Below are positions 1 to 8,097 of a DNA stretch of 64,000 nt, piece after piece. How positions within the stretch are numbered: position 1 is the first letter of the stretch; the number at the start of each line of letters is the position of its first letter. This stretch comes from a virus. Made by a program: the position numbers and the translations under genes. The stretch covers positions 10,331-74,330 of the IMG/VR virus record IMGVR_UViG_3300020034_000008. One strand, 5' to 3'. The notes under the pieces were generated by a model. The model saw nothing but the letters and a program-made list of their open reading frames with translations, was not told the origin of the DNA and ran no database searches.

Positions 1-129
1 AACAATGAGATGCACGCCGTTGCTTTGGCCGCTATTCAGCGGTGCGTGAACATCGGCCCGAATTCTAGAGAGACCGTCGCCGACGCTGTGCTGGTGGCCG
101 TTGACGAATGGATGCGCGGTGGTAAATGA
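1..129 (+). CDS. 3' end of a hypothetical protein (partial)
   Basis: Frame 1 is open from the window start to TGA at 127-129, which overlaps the next ATG (ATGA). Confidence 0.6.
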   Translation, partial: NNEMHAVALAAIQRCVNIGPNSRETVADAVLVAVDEWMRGGK

Positions 130-344
130 AACGTCGACTTGAGTTGATTGTTACACACTCAATTACAGCCCCTGGACATTTATCTCTGCGCGCTATTGAC
201 GAGTTTGGAAATCAACATTCACTTCAACATGCATTAGATACTACAGGATTTGAAGCAGGAGACAGAGTGGCGCTTATAGACATAGAAGATGTAACAGCAC
301 GACCACCAGAAGTATTAATAGAGATTATAGAGGCAATGGACTAG
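126..344 (+). CDS. hypothetical protein
   Basis: 72 aa ORF, tightly packed between neighbours. Confidence 0.65.
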   Translation: MKRRLELIVTHSITAPGHLSLRAIDEFGNQHSLQHALDTTGFEAGDRVALIDIEDVTARPPEVLIEIIEAMD

Positions 345-347
345 TAA

Positions 348-1640
348 ATGCGCACTGATGTTATGTACCGAGTAGAAGCAACAAGTTCTACTGTTGAGAA
401 AGTTGCACTGCTGAAGACGATTGCAGACGATCGGTTGACAGTAGAATTATTGAGATTGGCATTGGACCCGTATATTACATTCGGTGTTACTATGAACCGA
501 GAGACAATGTTGCGATTGGCTCAAAAACACCTAGAAGATGATTTTCCTGTTAGCGGCGGTAGTGCATATATTACTGAAAATATGGCAATTCTTGGAAATG
601 CAACACATACAATATACTGGTGGGAAGCATTTATATTAGTTCTTAATACTCTGTCTAAACGTGGTTTGACAGGTAGTAAAGCAGAGAAGGCTGTAAATGA
701 TGTAATTGCAGCAGCACCTAGTCTTGCAGTAGCTGATTGGGCATGGCGCATTCTGAACAAAGATTTGCGGTGTGGAGTAAGCGTTACACTTGCTCTGAAA
801 GCATTTCCTGGGTTGGTTAAGCCGTTTGCTGTTGCCTACGCGCACCCGTATAGAGACCAAGAGTTAAATTACGATGGCTTTATTGAGCCGAAGTATGATG
901 GTGAACGCTGCGTATACATTCGTGGCAAGGCAATGTCACGATACGGACTAGAGATGCCAGGTGCTCACGCTGCTCTAACATTGTCTGAACGCTTTAAAGA
1001 TGACTGGGTGTTTGACGGAGAATTGTATAAACACGGAACACCGTTGAATATTATTCACGGTATGGCCAGTAAATCTGCGCCAAATGATCTTGTGTACGTT
1101 GTATTCGACGCAATTAACATAGATGAGTGGGATGTGCAAAATACTAGTTCATTTTACGATCGTAGAACAGATTTAATGAGTCTTAGTTCTGGTTTTGGGT
1201 CACAAGTACAATGTACGCCATCTGAGTTTATTAATAGTGAAGGAGTTACAATTGAGTATCTATTGCAATGGCGAGATTATTGGCGTGAAGAAGGTTACGA
1301 AGGTGCAATGTGGAAGCGCTCTGACGCTAAATACTCATTTAGGCGAACTAACGACGTTATAAAACTGAAGATGTTTGAGACTGTAGACGGTAAGATAGTT
1401 GACATGTACGAAGGCGAAGGAAAACACGCTGGAAGATTAGGCGGTCTTGTCATAGAACTACCAAGTGGTGTACAAACGAGGCTGGGTGGTGGTTTTAGCG
1501 ACGCTCAGCGAGATGAGTTTTGGCAACTTGGCTCATCAATGTTTGGTCAGTATGTAGAAGGAATGGCGCAGGAAGGTAAGACTAAGAATGGAAAACTTCG
1601 TCACGGTAACTTTGTTCGTCTGCGTCCAGACAAGGAGTAG
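348..1640 (+). CDS. ATP-dependent DNA ligase
   Basis: Motif I EPKYDGER (KxDG), motif III FDGELY, IIIa VVFDAI, IV EGAMWK, V KLK, and an OB-fold region with GGGFSDAQR. Confidence 0.95.
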   Translation: MRTDVMYRVEATSSTVEKVALLKTIADDRLTVELLRLALDPYITFGVTMNRETMLRLAQKHLEDDFPVSGGSAYITENMAILGNATHTIYWWEAFILVLNTLSKRGLTGSKAEKAVNDVIAAAPSLAVADWAWRILNKDLRCGVSVTLALKAFPGLVKPFAVAYAHPYRDQELNYDGFIEPKYDGERCVYIRGKAMSRYGLEMPGAHAALTLSERFKDDWVFDGELYKHGTPLNIIHGMASKSAPNDLVYVVFDAINIDEWDVQNTSSFYDRRTDLMSLSSGFGSQVQCTPSEFINSEGVTIEYLLQWRDYWREEGYEGAMWKRSDAKYSFRRTNDVIKLKMFETVDGKIVDMYEGEGKHAGRLGGLVIELPSGVQTRLGGGFSDAQRDEFWQLGSSMFGQYVEGMAQEGKTKNGKLRHGNFVRLRPDKE

Positions 1641-1643
1641 GAC

Positions 1644-1871
1644 GTGAGAGCTATTATAACTAAACCAGTTGTAGATAACACTGGTTTTACTATATTCAGC
1701 GTTGGGCAGACTGTAAAAGGTAAATTAATGGCGCATACTGCTCCAGATGAACAGTGGGCTGATGTTGGTGCATTTATTGTTAAAGTAGACGGATTTGAGT
1801 ACGCTGTAGAGTGTGGCTACTTTAAACGACCATTTCGTATGCGTATAGAGGATTTTCTGTCTAGAGAGTAA
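1644..1871 (+). CDS. hypothetical protein
   Basis: 75 aa ORF, GTG start after GGAG. Confidence 0.6.
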   Translation: MRAIITKPVVDNTGFTIFSVGQTVKGKLMAHTAPDEQWADVGAFIVKVDGFEYAVECGYFKRPFRMRIEDFLSRE

Positions 1872-1875
1872 AATT

Positions 1876-2550
1876 ATGAAGTACATCGTCATATGTCTGT
1901 TGTTAATCGGTTGTGGGTCTATAACTGAGTCTATAGACGAGCATCCAGACTCTAGACAGTTCGATGTAGTGCCATCTGCGGATATTAATGGTACAGGTGG
2001 AACCAATGGATCTGGTGGCAATGTATCGCTAGATACAGGCACAGGTGGCTATACGCCTACAGGTAGTGGAGGGTCGTCACCAGGTACTGGAGGAGTGCAA
2101 GGCTCAGGTGGCTCGACACAAGCTACAGGTGGTAATAATGGTTCAGGAGGTTCAACTCCTGTAGCTTTAGCCTGTGGCCTGTCTCTGCCTATTTGCCCAG
2201 ACACTGTTAGATCTGTTTATTTTAGCTTGGTTTACGCTATTCCTAACGATACAACAGGTTCACGAGAAGCAAGAATTTGTGCAATTAATGCACAAGGAGT
2301 GTCAATAGTAGACGACAAAGGTTCATTTGATAATGTACGTTGTGGTAACTGCGCAATGGGTATTGCAAGTGGAAAGCGTGGAGTATATAATTGCTTGATT
2401 CCAGCTTTTACAGTTCTTGGTGTGCATATGACGCTTCCAATAACAACAGAAACAGCTGTATACTGCCTGCCTCCTAATGGTAACTGTCCAGATGTCGGTG
2501 TTAAGTACACTAAATGGGATGGACATGAGTCTATAAATGGAGAACAGTAA
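1876..2550 (+). CDS. lipoprotein with Gly/Ser/Thr-rich linker and Cys-rich C-terminal domain
   Basis: Signal peptide with lipobox LIGC, many (T/S)GG repeats, 8 Cys in the C-terminal half. Confidence 0.75.
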   Translation: MKYIVICLLLIGCGSITESIDEHPDSRQFDVVPSADINGTGGTNGSGGNVSLDTGTGGYTPTGSGGSSPGTGGVQGSGGSTQATGGNNGSGGSTPVALACGLSLPICPDTVRSVYFSLVYAIPNDTTGSREARICAINAQGVSIVDDKGSFDNVRCGNCAMGIASGKRGVYNCLIPAFTVLGVHMTLPITTETAVYCLPPNGNCPDVGVKYTKWDGHESINGEQ

Positions 2551-2554
2551 GTAA

Positions 2555-2761
2555 ATGGCAAAGCAGGTATCGTTAACACGTAAACATAAGACTGCGCTGG
2601 TTGATCTGTTTCAAGGTTCAACTAGTGTTGATGATCTCGATTTACAAGTAAAAATAGAGCTTATAGCTGCTGGATTGATTGACTATGGAGTTTTAACAAA
2701 AGAAGGCACCGTTAAAGCTCAAGAGTTGCTTGCTAAGGTAAAAAATGAGACCAAAACCTAA
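2555..2761 (+). CDS. hypothetical protein
   Basis: 68 aa ORF in operon. Confidence 0.6.
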   Translation: MAKQVSLTRKHKTALVDLFQGSTSVDDLDLQVKIELIAAGLIDYGVLTKEGTVKAQELLAKVKNETKT

Positions 2762-2975
2762 TAAAGGTCAGATCATTGCTTTGCCTGGTGCAGCTAGAGC
2801 AGATGATGCTCTAAAGTATTTACGCACTATTCTGGAAAATGATAAGCCAGATGGCGTTATACTTATAACTGTTGTAAAAGGCGTGGTAGATTTCAGGTTC
2901 TTCGGTCAAATTATAAGAAATGAACTGGCGTGGGCTGGTGCCACACTTTCATACGAAGCTGTACGGGAGGATTGA
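2745..2975 (+). CDS. hypothetical protein
   Basis: 76 aa ORF overlapping the previous gene. Confidence 0.6.
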   Translation: MRPKPNKGQIIALPGAARADDALKYLRTILENDKPDGVILITVVKGVVDFRFFGQIIRNELAWAGATLSYEAVRED

Positions 2976-2977
2976 AC

Positions 2978-3265
2978 ATGTTGAAGATTTTTACACTGTT
3001 TATGATAGTAATCTGTTTTGCTTTAGTTATTTCACGTACTAGCAAAGCCGCTTGCAAGGTCACCAACGACACTAACTTCTCGTTTACAGTGTCATCTGGA
3101 CGCACCAGTAACCAACGCATACCTGCGCGCACGACAACGTTTGTGTCAGCAGGCAAGATCGTTGGAACAGCCCCTGATGGAACAACAATTGGTGGTTATT
3201 GCAATGATAGCGACGAACTTGTCATCAAATTATTTAAGGGCGTACCAGTGTTACTGCCACAATAA
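2978..3265 (+). CDS. small secreted protein
   Basis: GGAGG RBS before ATG 2978 (better than the track start 2930); signal peptide ending SKA; two Cys in the mature part. Confidence 0.7.
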   Translation: MLKIFTLFMIVICFALVISRTSKAACKVTNDTNFSFTVSSGRTSNQRIPARTTTFVSAGKIVGTAPDGTTIGGYCNDSDELVIKLFKGVPVLLPQ

Positions 3266-3306
3266 AACGAACACAACCTAGGCACCACACCCTTACAAGT
3301 TTCGTC

Positions 3307-3492
3307 TTACCGTCTTTCATGCGTGTCTGACCGCACGCTGGCACGGTCGCTCCAATTGCCAACGCACAGACCGATAAAACCAGCAACAATCAACGCATAA
3401 CCGTAGCGTTGAACTTTTTCAGGCACTGGCATAAAGAACAGCAAAGTACCTATCAGAGCAATGATTGCAGGAAACGCTAATGAAATGGTCAT
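3307..3492 (-). CDS. small two-TM membrane protein (only convincing minus-strand gene)
   Basis: Two hydrophobic helices; fills a gap with no + strand ORF. Confidence 0.65.
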   Translation of the reverse strand: MTISLAFPAIIALIGTLLFFMPVPEKVQRYGYALIVAGFIGLCVGNWSDRASVRSDTHERR

Positions 3493-3600
3493 ACTTGGAA
3501 CATAGAAACGAATGTTAGTCTCAGTGCAGCATAATCGTACACTTTAGTTCAACTATGTAATTTAGCTTATTATTTGGATAGTCGTTGTACATGAAATCTT

Positions 3601-3831
3601 GTGTTATATACTCAGGTTGTGGATGAAATTAGCCACGAAGACAAAACAGTTGCACGATGTATAAAATGCGGTCGTAAAGCATGGTTAGGAGGTCCATATA
3701 CACCTGACGAGAAAATGGTGCGAGAGACTTGGCCTTGGTGCGCTAGTGGCCCAGGTTGGATGTGGTGTCATTATTTCGACCAATACGAGTTGACCTTTGA
3801 AGACGATTTAACTGTCGTAGACAAAAAATGA
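3601..3831 (+). CDS. hypothetical Cys-containing protein
   Basis: CxxC plus further Cys/His; start uncertain. Confidence 0.5.
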   Translation: MLYTQVVDEISHEDKTVARCIKCGRKAWLGGPYTPDEKMVRETWPWCASGPGWMWCHYFDQYELTFEDDLTVVDKK

Positions 3832-3832
3832 G

Positions 3833-3872
3833 GTGCTTCTAGGTGGTGAGCTTAGAGGCACTTTTTCTTTTT
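3833..3872 (+). terminator. intrinsic terminator
   Basis: GTGCTTCTAGG-7nt-CTTAGAGGCAC hairpin followed by TTTTTCTTTTT. Confidence 0.8.
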
Positions 3873-3875
3873 GTC

Positions 3876-3905
3876 TTGATTTTGTAATACAAAATAGTCT
3901 ACGTT
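3876..3905 (+). promoter_or_regulatory. sigma70-like promoter with palindromic operator in the spacer
   Basis: TTGATT-18nt-TACGTT; palindrome ATTTTGTA-A-TACAAAAT at 3879-3895; AGGAGG RBS downstream. Confidence 0.6.
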
Positions 3906-3927
3906 CCCTTGCAGGAGGAGATCACTG

Positions 3928-4119
3928 ATGCCAAAATGCCGATGTAAGCCCGACTGTAAACTGGAGATAGAGATTGGTACGCCAATTGTGTATGTGAGTT
4001 TTTTCCAAATGCCGAAACCAACTGCTACAGTAGCTCTGGAACATTTACGTCAAACTGAAATTCCTGCTGTAGTTTCGTTGGTTGACGAAAATCCGAAACG
4101 GAATGGGCAGGTCGGTTAA
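3928..4119 (+). CDS. hypothetical protein
   Basis: Strong AGGAGGAG RBS; N-terminal Cys cluster. Confidence 0.7.
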   Translation: MPKCRCKPDCKLEIEIGTPIVYVSFFQMPKPTATVALEHLRQTEIPAVVSLVDENPKRNGQVG

Positions 4120-4300
4120 GGGTAAAGCCCAACGAGGGCGCTCTATCTCTGTAAGAATACCAGATGAAGACTACGTAGCACTAGAGTTAATCAAAAGTAA
4201 AGACTCAACAGGAAATCTTTCTATCAGTGACCTTGTTTTACACGGTATAAGGCTAGTAACAGGCAAAACTACAGCTGAGCGTAAAACATGGAGTCTTTAA
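4082..4300 (+). CDS. ribbon-helix-helix (CopG/Arc-like) DNA-binding protein
   Basis: SISVRIPDEDYVALE...SISDLVLHGI pattern; ATG 4103 is an alternative start. Confidence 0.65.
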   Translation: MTKIRNGMGRSVKGKAQRGRSISVRIPDEDYVALELIKSKDSTGNLSISDLVLHGIRLVTGKTTAERKTWSL

Positions 4301-4527
4301 ATATGCCAACTACAGCGACTATAACTAAAGTGTTGCTGACAAAAGTGTTAAATAACCACTATTGTACATCTCGTAAGTCAATACCAATGTATTGGCGGCC
4401 AATAGAGTTAGTAATTGCTCTATACCCTGAAACGGCTACAGATTTACAAGGTCTTTCACCAGCAGTAGCTTCATTCTGTGTAGTGTGTGGTGCTTTGTGG
4501 GTTGTTGTGCAGCGAGGTGATAATTGA
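4288..4527 (+). CDS. hypothetical protein
   Basis: 79 aa ORF with HxC and CxxC. Confidence 0.55.
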   Translation: MESLNMPTTATITKVLLTKVLNNHYCTSRKSIPMYWRPIELVIALYPETATDLQGLSPAVASFCVVCGALWVVVQRGDN

Positions 4528-4733
4528 TTATGTCTATTGTAGAAGATGAGGCTGCAATAAATCAGGCTTTAATCGCTACGTATGAAACTCGTGGTAGTGA
4601 GAGCTATATTCGTGTACGACCTAATGCACCACAAACTTATTATCCTGCGCAAGGTGGAGCCATAGTATTAACATTCGATGCACTTGATGGTCTTGTTGAA
4701 CTAGCAAAAAGGCATGGCTGGAAAGCACTATAA
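4524..4733 (+). CDS. hypothetical protein
   Basis: 69 aa ORF in operon. Confidence 0.55.
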   Translation: MIMSIVEDEAAINQALIATYETRGSESYIRVRPNAPQTYYPAQGGAIVLTFDALDGLVELAKRHGWKAL

Positions 4734-4734
4734 T

Positions 4735-5235
4735 ATGAATGAGCTTACTATAGCTACGCTGCTAATAGCAGAACAAGAGATAGGTGTAAGAGAAGATCCT
4801 AAAAGACCAAATCGTGGTAAACGTGTTGAAGAGTATCTACGGTTTGTTGGTCTTGACCCAGATAAAGGTGGTGCTAAAGGGTACCCTTGGTGCGCAGCTT
4901 TTGTCTGTTGGTGTGTAGGCCAGGCATTACTAGAGACTGGAATGCGACCTAGTTTGCGTTATTCAGGACGAGTGTTTAGACTACTTGAACTAAACCCTGG
5001 TTTAGTTTTGCCTGGTCCAATCGTAGGATCAATTTTCATTCATTTAAATCCCGATCAGACTGGGCACACTGGGTTTATTACGGGTTTGCGAGAGGGCGAT
5101 TTTGTCGATACGCTAGAGGGAAATACCGACGGAGCAGGCAGTCGAACAGGTGGGCAGGTGATGAGGCAGGTTCGACCATACAGCTACGTGAAGAATTACC
5201 TAAAAATCGTCCCCCATGTTAGTCTAGTTGCCTAG
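4735..5235 (+). CDS. CHAP-domain peptidoglycan hydrolase (endolysin)
   Basis: EIGVRE, PWCAAFVCWC (catalytic Cys), GHTGF (His), TLEGNT; ATG 4735 follows the upstream stop. Confidence 0.85.
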   Translation: MNELTIATLLIAEQEIGVREDPKRPNRGKRVEEYLRFVGLDPDKGGAKGYPWCAAFVCWCVGQALLETGMRPSLRYSGRVFRLLELNPGLVLPGPIVGSIFIHLNPDQTGHTGFITGLREGDFVDTLEGNTDGAGSRTGGQVMRQVRPYSYVKNYLKIVPHVSLVA

Positions 5236-5243
5236 GAGGACCG

Positions 5244-6041
5244 ATGGCGTCCAAATCGACACTTTCGTTTGTTATGCAGGCAGTTAGGTCAGCAACTAAT
5301 CGCGGTGATAAGACTTTTGAGTCAACTGTAACAATACCAGATATACTTGAATTTCAGGTTGTGGAAATGGTTGTGCCAGCAGGTGATGTTGGAGTACCTG
5401 TAAATTTTGGCCAGATCGAATCTGCTTCTGGGTTTCTTGTGTTTACATCCAAATTGATTGGTTTAAGAATTAATAGTCCTAGTGCCCCACAAATTCCTTG
5501 TGGTTCTCAAACTGTTCTGCTTGATACAGCAGTTACGTCTCTGAATATAGACAATAATCTACTTGTAGATGCTACAGACCAAACTGTTGAGATATGGTTA
5601 GCCTCAAAGCTTAACGGTGTAGCACCTGGATCTTTTGGAGGAGGAAGTATGATCGCAGACGATGTCGCCCTCGCTCAACCAGCTAATCCTGGGGCGAATG
5701 CAACTGCTATTGTTTTTGATACAACAGCTATAGGTGGTATAACACTTCAACAGCGTGCAGCACGTCTAGATGTTCGAGAAGTTCTTGTGACTGTTGAAAC
5801 TGATGTGGCTTGCAGGTTTTTTACTGCTTGGATTGACCCTCTAACGCCAACAATTTTTACTGTGTATAATCAAGATCAAAATGATAATAATCCAGGTGAG
5901 GCTATTTTAGCAAATACACCGTTTTCAAGAATTGTAAACTGCATCGGCATTGACTCTAAGATCTATGTAACAGTACCTGCTGGTCCAGCGCCTACTGTTT
6001 GGAAAGTGATGGCTAAGACTAGTCCACTGAGGAGTGCTTAA
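5244..6041 (+). CDS. putative virion structural protein
   Basis: AGGAGG RBS; beta-rich, two domains joined by a Gly linker. Confidence 0.5.
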   Translation: MASKSTLSFVMQAVRSATNRGDKTFESTVTIPDILEFQVVEMVVPAGDVGVPVNFGQIESASGFLVFTSKLIGLRINSPSAPQIPCGSQTVLLDTAVTSLNIDNNLLVDATDQTVEIWLASKLNGVAPGSFGGGSMIADDVALAQPANPGANATAIVFDTTAIGGITLQQRAARLDVREVLVTVETDVACRFFTAWIDPLTPTIFTVYNQDQNDNNPGEAILANTPFSRIVNCIGIDSKIYVTVPAGPAPTVWKVMAKTSPLRSA

Positions 6042-6804
6042 CGTGTCCACTGATAATGGGCGCACACCATCTTCACCCGATTTTAAGGCTAATAACCCTA
6101 AGACGATTAATCTCAGTGCTGGTAAAAAAGTTTTTATTGTCCTTCAGGACTCAGGAACTAATACACCGTCAACTGTCCTTAAACTTAGACGTGGCACCAC
6201 AGGCACACCAATTGCAGCTGCTGGGGCTGCTTCAGCATTTGCTGGAAGAGTTGAATTAGAACTCGATGATGCCATTAATAATAGTCAAATTGCAGCAGTG
6301 TTGAACTGGTATTGGCGTGCAGTAGGTTCAAATATTGGTGCTGATTCTGGTGTATTATCAGTTATGGTACAGTCGTCTGGAACGTTAAAGGAAGTTCTGC
6401 GAATCAACGACTATTCGGTGCAACTACCTGGTGGTAGCACTACAAATCCGGGCCACAGTTTTCCAGAAGACAATAGACACGGCATGGGGCTCGACGGCAG
6501 CGGTCGTGTGTTCCTCGGCCACACCTCGTTACCTTTCATAGTTGGTGATACGGTAGGTGGTATTCCTAGGATTGGTGTGCTTGAAAATGCTAATGCACCT
6601 GTTCCTGTTGCGGTAGTAGGTGCAAATATCACTAACAATGTCACGTCAGGTGGCTCAGCAAACGTGATCAACAATATAACAGCTGCTAGTGGTGATGCTA
6701 CAGCGGCCAAACTTACTGACACACGCGATGCTATTTTTCGACTCACGCAGGAAGTGTCCATGTTGAAAGCACAACTAAAGTTGGTTGGCTACTGCAAGAC
6801 ATAA
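6034..6804 (+). CDS. putative fibre-like virion protein
   Basis: Gly/Thr/Asn beta-rich body with a C-terminal coiled coil. Confidence 0.5.
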   Translation: MLNVSTDNGRTPSSPDFKANNPKTINLSAGKKVFIVLQDSGTNTPSTVLKLRRGTTGTPIAAAGAASAFAGRVELELDDAINNSQIAAVLNWYWRAVGSNIGADSGVLSVMVQSSGTLKEVLRINDYSVQLPGGSTTNPGHSFPEDNRHGMGLDGSGRVFLGHTSLPFIVGDTVGGIPRIGVLENANAPVPVAVVGANITNNVTSGGSANVINNITAASGDATAAKLTDTRDAIFRLTQEVSMLKAQLKLVGYCKT

Positions 6805-6806
6805 CC

Positions 6807-7460
6807 ATGTCATTAATTGCTAAACTACCTATTGCCAGGAACAGCAAGGTTGGTGTTATTGGCGATTCCATCACGTTTTTTGGTTGGTATTACCATCTGA
6901 TAGGTTTGTCTCGGTTTGCCACTGACATTGGTCGTTCTCCAAGCCGTGGTGGGTACTATAGAACCAGTGAGCCACCACTAGACATCGTATGGATTAACTC
7001 TGGTCAGTCTGGTGACAGAATTTCAAATATAGAAGCCAATGTAGCTGGCAGAATTACAGCATATCAACTTCAGGCTATTATTCTAGCTATTGGAGTCAAT
7101 GATCTTAGGTTTGGTACTAGTCTCGGTACATTTTCCACGTTATTTAACAGTACAGTTGACCAAGCTCGTGCAGCACAACCGGGATTGAATATAGCTGCTA
7201 CTGGTATTTTCTGTAATGGAGAAGATATACCTAATGCAACTGAGTCTGGTCTTTTAGCATTAAATGCTATTCAAGCTGCAACTATGGACCGGGTAAATGG
7301 AACATGGACAGATGTGCATTCGAAGGTTGTTGAATGGGAAGCAGAAAACAATCCTTCGCACTTGCCTGGTGGGTTGTTGACAGATGAAGGATTTCACCCT
7401 AGCGACTTAGGAAAATTTAAGTTCTCAGAGTGGGTAAATCCTTATATACAATACATATAA
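6807..7460 (+). CDS. SGNH/GDSL hydrolase
   Basis: Blocks GDSIT, NSGQSGD, IGVND and DEGFHP. Confidence 0.9.
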   Translation: MSLIAKLPIARNSKVGVIGDSITFFGWYYHLIGLSRFATDIGRSPSRGGYYRTSEPPLDIVWINSGQSGDRISNIEANVAGRITAYQLQAIILAIGVNDLRFGTSLGTFSTLFNSTVDQARAAQPGLNIAATGIFCNGEDIPNATESGLLALNAIQAATMDRVNGTWTDVHSKVVEWEAENNPSHLPGGLLTDEGFHPSDLGKFKFSEWVNPYIQYI

Positions 7461-7473
7461 GTTGTAATGTATT

Positions 7474-7788
7474 ATGTCTGATGTTTGGGAGAAACTTTTA
7501 AATGCAGGCAAAGAAGGTAAAGCCTTACAGGTATCTGTCCCTCCAGGGGCTAGAATTAGGCGGCAAAAACGACCAAAGGCTGGGCGTCCTCGCGTTAGAG
7601 GGCCTCTCTTGTTCGGCGATTACGCTGGGTATGACCCAACGCAAGGGGGTCGGCCTTATTGCTATCTCAGAGGTTGCAACAAAAACCTCAGAAAAGACCA
7701 ACCAATTGGTTGCTGTGCAGAGCACGAAGCAATTGTAGTCAAAGAAGCGGAAGAAATTCTGCGAAAGGCTAAACGTGAGGCGGCTTAG
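7474..7788 (+). CDS. basic hypothetical protein, possible Zn-binding
   Basis: Arg-rich stretch plus CxxxxC...CCxxH. Confidence 0.6.
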   Translation: MSDVWEKLLNAGKEGKALQVSVPPGARIRRQKRPKAGRPRVRGPLLFGDYAGYDPTQGGRPYCYLRGCNKNLRKDQPIGCCAEHEAIVVKEAEEILRKAKREAA

Positions 7789-8092
7789 TGGTGTAGAGAT
7801 GCGAGAGGAGCTTCAAAATGCTCATGACTATGTTGTGCCATCAACGCAAGAAGATGAGGATAAACCACCAAGTCAATCTGAACTGCACGCTGATCGAATG
7901 CTGGTTGACGCTTTTGGAAAAGAGCAGACTCTTGATCCACCGCCGTGGATGCAGCGATTACGATCTGAGTTTACCCGTGGGCATGAGCAAGGCCAAAGAC
8001 TACAACGATCTTTAGACCGTACAGAAAATACTCGCGGAATGACTAAGTCTTTTAACAAATTTGAACTGGTTAGAGACTGGGAACCTAAGTAA
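7775..8092 (+). CDS. hypothetical protein upstream of terL
   Basis: ORF directly before the terminase; small-terminase identity not demonstrable. Confidence 0.55.
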   Translation: MRRLSGVEMREELQNAHDYVVPSTQEDEDKPPSQSELHADRMLVDAFGKEQTLDPPPWMQRLRSEFTRGHEQGQRLQRSLDRTENTRGMTKSFNKFELVRDWEPK

Positions 8093-8097
8093 TAGCT

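Noticed and set aside
7474-8092. Small terminase assignment
   Set aside because: The position fits, but neither ORF shows a recognisable terS HTH or oligomerisation pattern
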